Notes under the pieces: generated by a model
Databases searched by the model: none
What the model was told of the DNA's origin: nothing
What the model saw: the letters and a program-made list of their open reading frames with translations, nothing else
Assembly: GCA_012797505.1 (NCBI GenBank)
Contig: JAAZOZ010000424.1
Coordinates: 1 to 56,622 of the forward strand
DNA: 56,622 nt
DNA from: Smithella sp.
GTDB taxonomy: Bacteria; Desulfobacterota; Syntrophia; Syntrophales; Smithellaceae
Direction: 5' to 3'
Part shown: in pieces, positions 39,068-46,513 of the stretch
Position numbering within the stretch: position 1 is the stretch's first letter
Layout: every line of letters starts with the position of its first letter
Position numbers and translations under genes: made by a program

Positions 39068-39337
39068 TTTATCAGCCTCCTTTCATGATGATTTTCTGCT
39101 TGAGGCCGAAAAACCAAGCCGCACACGAAATAGAAAACGGTCGATCCGCCTTTCCGATCCCCGTTTCCGGGAAAATGGATTACCCCGAAGCCTCTTGAGG
39201 CAATGATTTTCCACTCTGCGGGTCTCGGCAGGCCCTTGTCCGTTTAAACTTCCGTACCTGCTGTCTTCGACCTGATACTGCTTGCACCGTAAGCGGACGC
39301 TGCGTTTTGGGGAATGCGGCATCCGCGAATTTTTTCC
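39068..39337 (-). promoter_or_regulatory. Probable L10 (rplJL) leader / autoregulatory 5' UTR
   Basis: A 270-nt non-coding gap between rplA and rplJ, the only large gap in the rplKAJL-rpoBC unit. It is GC-rich and contains several stems. The call rests on position; the Rfam L10_leader fold was not verified. Confidence 0.45.
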
Positions 39338-40045
39338 TCAGCTTACGCTCTTGATATCCAGCGGATCAACCTTCACCCCCGCGCCCATCGTGCTGGAAAT
39401 CGCAATGCTTTTAATATAGGTTCCCTTGCTGGATGCGGGTTTCAGTTTGATGATGGTCTCCAGAAGCGCCGTGATGTTTTCATAAAGTTTTTCAGCGCCG
39501 AAAGACACTTTGCCCACCGGCGAATGAACGATGCCGGCTTTTTCCACGCGGAATTCCACCTTGCCGGCCTTCAGTTCCCTGACCGCGTTGGCAATGTCAA
39601 AGGTCACCGTCCCCACTTTGGGGTTGGGCATCAGGCCGCGAGGCCCCAGAATCTTGGCGATTTTCCCCACGGACCCCATCATGTCCGGCGTGGCAATCAC
39701 GCGATCAAACTCCAGCCAGCCGCCTTTGATCTTTTCAATGATTTCATCGTTTCCAACCAGATCCGCGCCGGCTTCCAGGGCTTCTTTTTCCTTGTCGCCC
39801 TTGGCAAAAACCAATACGCGGACGGTTTTTCCCAGGCCGTTGGGCAATACCACGCTGCCCCGAACCATTTGATCGGCGTGCGCCGGGTTGACACCCAGAC
39901 GGACGGCGGCGTCCACCGTCTCATCAAATTTGACTCCCGCCATGGATACGACCATTTCCGTAGCCTCTTTGAGCGTATAACGCCTGGTCGGATCGACCTT
40001 TTTCTTCGCAGCGATAATGCGTTTGCCTCGTCTTAACATGATCAA
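39338..40045 (-). CDS. rplA: 50S ribosomal protein L1
   Basis: Contains ...[23 protein letters not shown].... The start is at 40045 or 40039. Confidence 0.95.
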   Translation of the reverse strand: MIMLRRGKRIIAAKKKVDPTRRYTLKEATEMVVSMAGVKFDETVDAAVRLGVNPAHADQMVRGSVVLPNGLGKTVRVLVFAKGDKEKEALEAGADLVGNDEIIEKIKGGWLEFDRVIATPDMMGSVGKIAKILGPRGLMPNPKVGTVTFDIANAVRELKAGKVEFRVEKAGIVHSPVGKVSFGAEKLYENITALLETIIKLKPASSKGTYIKSIAISSTMGAGVKVDPLDIKSVS

Positions 40046-40058
40046 ACCTCTTCCTTGA

Positions 40059-40484
40059 TTAACCTGCTATTTCTATTCCCATGGACCTTGCCGTGCCGGA
40101 AATAATTCTGACCGCGCCTTCCATATCGACGGCGTTCAAATCATTGAATTTCAGCTGCGCAATGTCCTGAACCTGTTTGGCCGTGACGGTTCCCACTTTT
40201 TCCCGTTTGGGGTCGGCGGCGCCCTTGGCGACCTTGGCCGCCTGCTTGAGCAGAACGGACGCGGGCGGCGTTTTGGTAATGAACGTAAACGAGCGATCCG
40301 CGTACACCGTAATCACCACCGGGACAATCATGCCTTCCTGGTTTTGCGTCATCGCGTTGTAGGCCTTGCAAAATTCCATGATATTCACGCCGTGCTGGCC
40401 CAGGGCCGGCCCGATCGGGGGCGACGGAGTCGCCTTTCCCGCTTTGATCTGCAATTTAATGTTCGCAATCACTTTTTTTGCCAT
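40059..40484 (-). CDS. rplK: 50S ribosomal protein L11
   Basis: Begins [40 protein letters not shown].... The ATG at 40484 has an AGGTG SD. Confidence 0.95.
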   Translation of the reverse strand: MAKKVIANIKLQIKAGKATPSPPIGPALGQHGVNIMEFCKAYNAMTQNQEGMIVPVVITVYADRSFTFITKTPPASVLLKQAAKVAKGAADPKREKVGTVTAKQVQDIAQLKFNDLNAVDMEGAVRIISGTARSMGIEIAG

Positions 40485-40551
40485 AATCATCACCTGAATT
40501 GAAAATTTTTTTAGGCCTGTATCTTACGCCTTATCGTTTCTCATCCCCGAC

Positions 40552-41085
40552 CTACTGCCCCTGGGTGACCTGGATGAAATCCAGTTCCACCGGCGTCGGG
40601 CGGCCGAAGATGCTCACAATCACCCTCAGTTTGCTTTTTTCCGGCCGGACTTCGTCAATCACGCCGTCGAAATTGGTGAAGGGTCCGTCGATAATCCTCA
40701 CGTGGTCGCCGACGTCAAACTTGAATTTGGGCTTTGGTTTGAGCGTCCCTTCGTCAATCCGGACCTTGAGATTCTCAACGTCTTTATCCGGAATCGGGGA
40801 AGGCTTGTCCTTGCTGCCGATAAAACCGGTCACCTTCGGCGTATTCTTGACGATATGCCAGTTTTCATCGCTCATTTCCATGCGCACCAGGATGTAACCG
40901 GGAAAAAATTTGCGCTTGGAGGTTTTCTTTTCTCCGGAAATCAGCTCCACCACGTCTTCCTCGGGAATCAGAATGTCCGAGAAATAAGCCTGGGCGCCGG
41001 CCAGTTCAATCCTTTCCTGAAGGCTCAGCTTGACCTTGTTCTCAAATCCGGAATACGTATGAACGACGTACCATTTAAAAGCCAT
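40552..41085 (-). CDS. nusG: Transcription termination/antitermination factor NusG
   Basis: Begins MAFKWYVVHTYSGFENKV..., with a KOW region GDHVRIIDGPFTNFDGVI. Confidence 0.95.
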   Translation of the reverse strand: MAFKWYVVHTYSGFENKVKLSLQERIELAGAQAYFSDILIPEEDVVELISGEKKTSKRKFFPGYILVRMEMSDENWHIVKNTPKVTGFIGSKDKPSPIPDKDVENLKVRIDEGTLKPKPKFKFDVGDHVRIIDGPFTNFDGVIDEVRPEKSKLRVIVSIFGRPTPVELDFIQVTQGQ

Positions 41086-41089
41086 GAAG

Positions 41090-41293
41090 TTACCCTAAAA
41101 TGAATTTGACCAGTTTTGCGAGAATCAGGTCTATCACGCCCAGGTAAAGGGATGAAATCGCGACAATCACCATGACCACGCCCGTGGAAGCCAGTGTCTG
41201 CTTCCGGGTCGGCCAGGTGACCTTTTTCAACTCTGTCTTCGCCTGGGCGAGAAACTGCACCGCCCTGTCGAACAGCAACTTGAATTTTTCCAT
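41090..41293 (-). CDS. secE: Preprotein translocase subunit SecE
   Basis: 67 aa from the ATG at 41293: ...ELKKVTWPTRKQTLASTGVVMVIVAISSLYLGVIDL... with a single TM segment. The longer tracked ORF runs into tRNA-Trp. Confidence 0.9.
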   Translation of the reverse strand: MEKFKLLFDRAVQFLAQAKTELKKVTWPTRKQTLASTGVVMVIVAISSLYLGVIDLILAKLVKFILG

Positions 41294-41321
41294 ATCGTCG
41301 GCCTTTGTTTTCGGGAAAAAC

Positions 41322-41398
41322 TGGCAGGCCAGGAGGGACTTGAACCCCCAGCATCCGGATTTGGAGTCCGGCGCTCTATCCATTAGAGCTACTGGCCT
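41322..41398 (-). tRNA. tRNA-Trp (anticodon CCA)
   Basis: Manual cloverleaf: acceptor AGGCCAG/CTGGCCT, anticodon loop CUCCAAA, T-loop TTCAAGT, encoded CCA end. Confidence 0.9.
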
Positions 41399-41412
41399 GC
41401 GTCAATTCTCCG

Positions 41413-41562
41413 CTACTTGGTTTCTCTGTGCAGCTTGTGTCCGCGGCAAAACTTGCAGTACTTCTTCATTTCCAGGCGGTTTTGCATGGTGCGCTTGTTT
41501 TTCGTCGTCGTGTAATTTCTCTGCTTGCATTCCGTACAGGCCAAAATAATGTTGTTTCTCAT
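41413..41562 (-). CDS. rpmG: 50S ribosomal protein L33 (Zn-binding form)
   Basis: This ORF is not in the track (49 aa). It reads [49 protein letters not shown] and has a GGAG RBS. Confidence 0.92.
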   Translation of the reverse strand: MRNNIILACTECKQRNYTTTKNKRTMQNRLEMKKYCKFCRGHKLHRETK

Positions 41563-41575
41563 ACGTCTCCTTCAC

Positions 41576-41651
41576 TGGAGCCCACGACCAGGATTGAACT
41601 GGTGACCTCATCCTTACCAAGGATGTGCTCTACCGACTGAGCTACGTGGGC
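41576..41651 (-). tRNA. tRNA-Thr (anticodon GGU)
   Basis: Acceptor GCCCACG/CGTGGGC, anticodon loop UUGGUAA, T-loop TTCAATC, CCA end. Confidence 0.9.
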
Positions 41652-41687
41652 GCGGCGTTACCTGTCTGTCAGCGCCAAAAAGCAACC

Positions 41688-41763
41688 TGGAGCGGGAAAC
41701 GGGATTCGAACCCGCGACCCTCAGCTTGGAAGGCTGACGCTCTAGCCCCTGAGCTACTCCCGC
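41688..41763 (-). tRNA. tRNA-Gly (anticodon UCC)
   Basis: Acceptor GCGGGAG/TTCCCGC, anticodon loop CUUCCAA, T-loop TTCGAAT, CCA end. Confidence 0.9.
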
Positions 41764-41777
41764 TTATTTCAAAAAAC

Positions 41778-41862
41778 TGGTGGAGGGGGGAGGATTCGAA
41801 CCTCCGTAGGCTCCGCCGGCAGATTTACAGTCTGCTCCCTTTGGCCGCTCGGGAACCCCTCC
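41778..41862 (-). tRNA. tRNA-Tyr (anticodon GUA), long variable arm
   Basis: Acceptor GGAGGGG/CCCCTCC, anticodon loop CUGUAAA, 85 nt with an extra arm, CCA end. Confidence 0.9.
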
Positions 41863-41878
41863 AGACATGTGGCTCATC

Positions 41879-41954
41879 TGGAGCTGGCGATGGGACTCGA
41901 ACCCGCAACCTGCTGATTACAAATCAGCTGCTCTACCGATTGAGCTACGCCAGC
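41879..41954 (-). tRNA. tRNA-Thr (anticodon UGU)
   Basis: Acceptor GCTGGCG/CGCCAGC, anticodon loop UUUGUAA, T-loop TTCGAGT, CCA end. There is one C-A mismatch in the T-stem. Confidence 0.85.
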
Positions 41955-42041
41955 AAACCATTTAAATCATTTCGCTTTTGCACGAAACCGTAATTATTTT
42001 GAACGCAAAAAAACGACTACACTGCTTCGTGCGAATTGAGG

Positions 42042-42070
42042 ACACTAATTTTTATAATGGTTTTTGTCAA
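42042..42070 (-). promoter_or_regulatory. Strong sigma70-type promoter for the tRNA/rpmG/secE-nusG unit
   Basis: The minus strand reads TTGACA-N17-TAGTGT, preceded by an AT-rich UP-like tract (AAATAATTTAAAAATTTAC). It lies about 90 nt upstream of tRNA-Thr(UGU). Confidence 0.6.
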
Positions 42071-42116
42071 GTAAATTTTTAAATTATTTGAAAAATCTTC
42101 CGGCGCAGAAAAGGGG

Positions 42117-42665
42117 TTAATCCTTGTCGCTGAAATAATTTGCGGAGAAGATATAAATTTCCGTTTCCTTGTCTTTCCATGCCTTATGAGGCAAACCCGC
42201 TTTGAAGCACGTCTCCCGAAGAAACGTTTCCCGGTCCCAGCCGTACTCGGTCGCCACCTGCGGCAGAAGCAAGCCGGAATTATAGCCTCTGACGACGTAA
42301 AGACCGTGCTTTCCCACCTCAATTTCCTCAATGCTTTGAATCTTCCGCAGAGGGCTCAACACTGATATTTCATACCTTAAGTCCCGTATTTCTTCGCTTT
42401 TTACGGACGGAAAACGCGGATCATGAAAAGCCGCGGCGACCGCCATTTCCTGCACCGTTTCCCCCAGCGGTTTGACCGCCTTGATGTATCCGATGCAGCC
42501 GCGCAGATGCCCCCTTTTTTTCAAGGTGACAAACGCGCCTCTTTTTTCCTTCAGGATGGGCAAATCCATCGATAGCTTGGGCAATTCACGGTTCCCGACC
42601 TTGGCGATAATCGCCCTCTTGGCAATTTCCAAAAGCGTCGTTTTTTCCTGATCTGTCAGTTCCAT
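42117..42665 (-). CDS. AMMECR1-domain protein (AmmeMemoRadiSam system protein A-like)
   Basis: 182 aa with the hallmark GAFVTLKKRGHLRGCIGYI and a C-terminal ...GLLLPQVA... motif. Confidence 0.85.
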   Translation of the reverse strand: MELTDQEKTTLLEIAKRAIIAKVGNRELPKLSMDLPILKEKRGAFVTLKKRGHLRGCIGYIKAVKPLGETVQEMAVAAAFHDPRFPSVKSEEIRDLRYEISVLSPLRKIQSIEEIEVGKHGLYVVRGYNSGLLLPQVATEYGWDRETFLRETCFKAGLPHKAWKDKETEIYIFSANYFSDKD

Positions 42666-42680
42666 ATGAACCTCTTTTTC

Positions 42681-43502
42681 CTATTTGTAATAAACGGCTG
42701 AAGCATAGCCGACCACGGATTGACAATCCCCGGTCACTTCTCCGGAATGGGTGTACTTTAAAACGAGCGAATGAGAAGCGCCCAGACCCCCGGCGGCCAG
42801 TATGGCCACCGCCATTGGACCACCGCCGCAGGCCTCCGTGCGGTCGCGCGCCAGATTCTCCAGAAGACCTTCAGCATCGCTGTCCTGCAGGTGCCTAAGC
42901 GCCACGCCATCCAGCGCTCTTGCTTTTATATCCTCATGAAAATGCGACAGATCGCTGCTGGCGACAATCAGCAGGCGCCGGTTTTTGCCCGCCTGCACGA
43001 TCGCCTTCGCCAAATCCCGGCAGGTTGCGGCGTTCTGATCCCCCATCACCAGCGGAACAAAGGAGAAATCGCCCAGAGCAACCTGCAGGAAAGGAAGCTG
43101 AATTTCCAGGGAATGCTCGCGGGCGTGAGCCGCCGGAAAATCGACAACAATCCCGCTCGCGCGCTTCATTTCTTCCGCCAGTTTTTCATGGACCGGCACC
43201 CGGCCCAGGGGGGTTTCAAAAGCCCCGCCGCCCCAGACGGAAACCCCCGAAAAAGCCACCCGGTGGGAGGGCCCGATCAACACCACTGCGTCGTATTTTT
43301 TGCCCCGGACAAGCTGATAAGCGAAGGCCGCCACCTGACCGGAGTAAATGTAGCCGGCATGAGGCGCGATGAGGCCAACCACCTCTCCGGAAAGCTCCCG
43401 GTCGGGAACCCTGCGGAAATATCCGGCAATGTCCCGCCTCAAAACGGACGGATCGCCGGGATACCAGGAGCCGGCAATGACGGATTTTCGCACGTTGTCC
43501 AT
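42681..43502 (-). CDS. Memo-family protein (AmmeMemoRadiSam system protein B-like)
   Basis: The ATG at 43502 has a GAGG SD. The protein starts MDNVRKSVIAGSWYPGDP and carries the motifs APHAGYIYSG, EHSLEIQLPFL, SSDLSH and ACGGGP. The tracked ORF extends upstream into the preceding gene. Confidence 0.85.
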   Translation of the reverse strand: MDNVRKSVIAGSWYPGDPSVLRRDIAGYFRRVPDRELSGEVVGLIAPHAGYIYSGQVAAFAYQLVRGKKYDAVVLIGPSHRVAFSGVSVWGGGAFETPLGRVPVHEKLAEEMKRASGIVVDFPAAHAREHSLEIQLPFLQVALGDFSFVPLVMGDQNAATCRDLAKAIVQAGKNRRLLIVASSDLSHFHEDIKARALDGVALRHLQDSDAEGLLENLARDRTEACGGGPMAVAILAAGGLGASHSLVLKYTHSGEVTGDCQSVVGYASAVYYK

Positions 43503-43512
43503 TCGCCTGCCT

Positions 43513-45831
43513 CTACTTGAAACGCCAGATGGTTCCCTGCCGGCTGTCCAGAACATCAACGCCGAGCCCGGCCAGCCGGTTTCTCAATAAATCCGCCTCC
43601 TGCCAGAGGCCGGCCTGTCTGGCTTTCTCCCTTTTTTGAATCAGCTCGTCGATCTGCCGATCGTCGATTGGTTTTTTGAAATCCATGACTTGCAAGACGT
43701 CATTGATTTTTTGAAGCGCCTCCAGAATCTTGCGGGCGTCCTCCCCGCTGATTTTTCCCCCGGCCAGGGGCGCATTGACGGCGCCGATAAATTCAAAAAG
43801 CGCCGCCAGTGCGCCGGAAATGTTGAGGTCATCGTCCAGGGCCCGCTCAAAGGCGTGGTTAAGGTCATAAATCAGTTGATCCACCTCCGGAAAATTCGGG
43901 GCGGCATTTCTAATCGTCTGCAATCGGGAAATGAAGGTGTCCATTTTCTTGATGGTGTTTCTGGCCATTTGCAGAGCGCTTACCGAGTAGCTGATCGGCT
44001 TGCGGTAATTCATGCCCAGCAGAAAAAAACGGACATCCCGGCCGCCGTGCCCGCTTTGTCTGAGGTCATCCATCGTTACGATATTATTCAATGACCGGGA
44101 CATCTTCCGGCCGTCCACCAGGATCAATTCGGCCCCGATCCAGTATTTTGCGCCGCTGTGTCCGCAGCAGGCCTTGTTGATGGCGATGAGATTCTCGCAG
44201 TGGGGAAAGGTTTCATCCGCTCCGCTGACATGGATGTCATAGGCCGCGCCCAGATATTTCCGGGAAATGGCCGCGCATTCCAGATGCCAGCCCGGACGGA
44301 CATTGCCCCACTTCGTCTTGGAATAAATCCCCCTTTTCAGCTCTCCCAGACCGGCCCTTTTCAAAAGCGCGAAGTCCGCCGGAGAGTCCTTTTCGTAATC
44401 ATCCAGATCGACCGACCGGCCGGTCCGGGTCTTGGCCGGATCGATATTGGACAGACTGCCGTAGTCTCCCAGTTTGGAGATGTCGAAATAAACGGAGTGC
44501 AGCTTCTCATAGGCATATCCGCGATCGACCAGCTTTTCAACGATCTTGAGCGCGGCGTCAACATCTTCGGAGGCTCTTACGTAGATATTGTCCGGACGGA
44601 TCTGCAAAAACCGGACATCCTCCAGAAATATCCGCAAATATTTATCGGAATAATCCGCGAGATTCATGCCCGCCTTTTCCGACCCCTTGAGAGACTTGTC
44701 GCTGCAATCGACGATATCGACGACATGTTTGACGGCGTAGCCCTTGAAGGTCAGATAGCGGCACAGCAGGTCGGACACCACCAGCCGCCGGTAATTTCCC
44801 AGATGAGGAGCGTCATGAACGGTCGGGCCGCAGGTGCGCAGCCGCACCTCCTTCGGGTTCAGCGGACGGAAAAGCGTTTTCCGGCGCTTGATCGCGTTGT
44901 AAAAGCTGACCGTCGCCAGCTCCTCTTTGACCGCGAACAATTCCGTGCTCAGGTAGCGCTCTCCGCTGTCCGGGAAAATGACCACGATCGTGCCTTCTTC
45001 CATCTGACGGGCCTTCTGGGCCGCGACAAACATGGCCGCGCCGGAGCTCATGCCGGCAAGGATGCCTTCTTCCCGGGCCAGCCGGCGGGACATTTCAAAA
45101 GCGTCTTCGTCCAGGATATTCACCTTTTCATCCAGACGCTTCTTGTCGTAGATCCCGGGGCGGTAGGACTCGCGCATGTTTTTGAGGCCCTGGATCTTAT
45201 GCTGCAGGTAAGGCTCGACGCCGATGATCTGAATGCGGCAATCGAGTTCCTTGAGCCGCTGCGAAATGCCCATCGCGGTGCCGGTGGTTCCGAGCGTGAC
45301 CACCACGGCGGCGATCCGGCCTTGGGTCTGATCCCAGATTTCCTGCGCCGTCCCGAAATAATGGGCCCGGACGTTATCGGGGTTGTTGAATTGATCGGTG
45401 CCGAAATACTTTTCCGGGTTTTCCCGAAGCATCCGGTAGGCGACCTCGATGGCGCCGTCCGTCCCCTGCGCCGCGGGGGTAAAGATCAGCTCCGCGCCCA
45501 TCGCCCGCAGAATTTTTTTGCGCTCTTCGCTGGCCGCTTCGGACATGGTCAGGCACAGCTTGTAGCCTTTCGCCGCGGCCACCATGGCCAGTCCGATGCC
45601 GGTATTGCCGCTGGTCGCCTCCAGAATGATCCTGCCGGGTTTCAGGTCGCCCCTTTTTTCGGCGTTTTCGATCATGCTGAGCGCCGTTCGGTCTTTAATG
45701 GATCCCCCGGGATTCGCGGACTCCAGCTTGGCCAGAATCGTGACCTTTTTATTCGGATTCAGCTTCGAGATTTCCACCAGCGGCGTGTTGCCGATGCGAT
45801 CCATAATGCTTTTATACACGTTCATCATCAC
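43513..45831 (-). CDS. Fusion protein: PLP-dependent cysteine synthase (CysK/CysM fold) + full-length cysteinyl-tRNA synthetase-like enzyme
   Basis: 772 aa. Residues 1-300 carry GGSIKDR (PLP lysine), TSGNTG, GTTGT, SSGAA and PDSGERYLST. Residues ~305-772 carry CGPTVHDAPHLGNYRR (HIGH region), RPGWHLEC, FPHCENL, KMSRS and a C-terminal helical end ...QGTIWRFK, collinear with E. coli CysRS. Confidence 0.85.
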   Translation of the reverse strand: MMMNVYKSIMDRIGNTPLVEISKLNPNKKVTILAKLESANPGGSIKDRTALSMIENAEKRGDLKPGRIILEATSGNTGIGLAMVAAAKGYKLCLTMSEAASEERKKILRAMGAELIFTPAAQGTDGAIEVAYRMLRENPEKYFGTDQFNNPDNVRAHYFGTAQEIWDQTQGRIAAVVVTLGTTGTAMGISQRLKELDCRIQIIGVEPYLQHKIQGLKNMRESYRPGIYDKKRLDEKVNILDEDAFEMSRRLAREEGILAGMSSGAAMFVAAQKARQMEEGTIVVIFPDSGERYLSTELFAVKEELATVSFYNAIKRRKTLFRPLNPKEVRLRTCGPTVHDAPHLGNYRRLVVSDLLCRYLTFKGYAVKHVVDIVDCSDKSLKGSEKAGMNLADYSDKYLRIFLEDVRFLQIRPDNIYVRASEDVDAALKIVEKLVDRGYAYEKLHSVYFDISKLGDYGSLSNIDPAKTRTGRSVDLDDYEKDSPADFALLKRAGLGELKRGIYSKTKWGNVRPGWHLECAAISRKYLGAAYDIHVSGADETFPHCENLIAINKACCGHSGAKYWIGAELILVDGRKMSRSLNNIVTMDDLRQSGHGGRDVRFFLLGMNYRKPISYSVSALQMARNTIKKMDTFISRLQTIRNAAPNFPEVDQLIYDLNHAFERALDDDLNISGALAALFEFIGAVNAPLAGGKISGEDARKILEALQKINDVLQVMDFKKPIDDRQIDELIQKREKARQAGLWQEADLLRNRLAGLGVDVLDSRQGTIWRFK

Positions 45832-45924
45832 CCTACGCTCCGTTCGTCAATCCTTCATCATTCCTTTTTGAAACAAGGATTGCGCAGGCGCCTGAAAAAG
45901 TCATCCCGGAGGAAATATAACGGA

Positions 45925-46332
45925 TCAGCTGTCCATCTTGGGCAGAGAAATTTTTATAAACGAAACCCCTTCTTCTTTCAAGACCGTTTCTTCCCGGGGG
46001 GTCGTCGTTCCTTTGATATTGCGCCTCTCTTCATCGCCCGCGTGGATCTTCAGCGCAACTTCGGCAAATTTGTTTCCGACATCTTCAAAGTTGTTTTCAA
46101 GGTAGCGGTGCAACGACTGAAGCACCTGCCCCCGGGAAACGTCCTTGTTCCGGGGCGGCTTGGAATCCTTCCCCATAATCGTCAGGGAAGAAGGCGCGAT
46201 TTCCACGCTGGAACTGTTGCAGACGGGACAGCAGACCAGACGCCCGGCATTCTGTTCTATCCAGGCCTGGCGGTCTTTAAACCAGCCTTCAAAGGTGTGT
46301 CCGTTTTCACATTTGATGTCGTAAATAATCAC
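45925..46332 (-). CDS. DUF1178-family zinc-ribbon protein
   Basis: A likely GTG start at 46332 gives (M)IIYDIKCENGHTFEGWF...LVCCPVCNSS.... The longer tracked ORF would overlap tRNA-Pro. Confidence 0.6.
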   Translation of the reverse strand: MIIYDIKCENGHTFEGWFKDRQAWIEQNAGRLVCCPVCNSSSVEIAPSSLTIMGKDSKPPRNKDVSRGQVLQSLHRYLENNFEDVGNKFAEVALKIHAGDEERRNIKGTTTPREETVLKEEGVSFIKISLPKMDS

Positions 46333-46430
46333 CGCTCGGGCGCTTTCCTTGTTAAAAACGGCTAAAAATCCGTTGGAAATAAAAACATGTGGACATTTCG
46401 CGATAAATTTTATAACGTCGCTTCCCGTGT

Positions 46431-46507
46431 CGGGATGTGGCCCAGCTTGGTAGGGCACTGCGTTCGGGACGCAGGAGTCGCGCGTTCAAATCGCGCCATC
46501 CCGACCA
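46431..46507 (+). tRNA. tRNA-Pro (anticodon CGG)
   Basis: Acceptor CGGGATG/CATCCCG, anticodon stem CTGCG/CGCAG with loop UUCGGGA, T-loop TTCAAAT, CCA end, followed by T7. Confidence 0.9.
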
Positions 46508-46513
46508 TTTTTT

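Noticed and set aside
39083-39322. A 79-aa ORF inside the rplA-rplJ spacer.
   Set aside because: It lies wholly within the presumed L10 leader, has no RBS and gives an Arg-rich translation. It is most likely non-coding.
41090-41620. The tracked ORFs 41090-41383 (97 aa), 41402-41620 (72 aa), 41025-41354, 41172-41549 and 41625-41993.
   Set aside because: They read through tRNA genes (for example DRAPDSKSGCWGFKSL is tRNA-Trp translated) or sit out of frame over rpmG. The real genes here are secE (67 aa), rpmG (49 aa) and five tRNAs.
45832-45924. A possible T-box or other cysteine-responsive leader upstream of the CysK-CysRS fusion.
   Set aside because: The spacer is only 93 nt, far shorter than a T-box leader of about 200-300 nt. 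Only short stems are present (CAGGCGCCTG palindrome, TCCTT...AAGGA), and there is no specifier or T-box sequence.
45925-46458. The N-terminal 42 residues of the tracked 177-aa ORF (MPYQAGPHPDTGSD...).
   Set aside because: This part overlaps tRNA-Pro(CGG) at 46431-46507 on the opposite strand. The conserved DUF1178 N-terminus (IIYDIKCENGH) begins at an internal GTG (46332), so the gene was shortened rather than reported as an extended protein.
46333-46513. tRNA-Pro as a potential integration hotspot for a genomic island.
   Set aside because: No integrase, direct repeat of the tRNA 3' end, or compositional break is evident on either side. The flanking genes are ordinary chromosomal genes.
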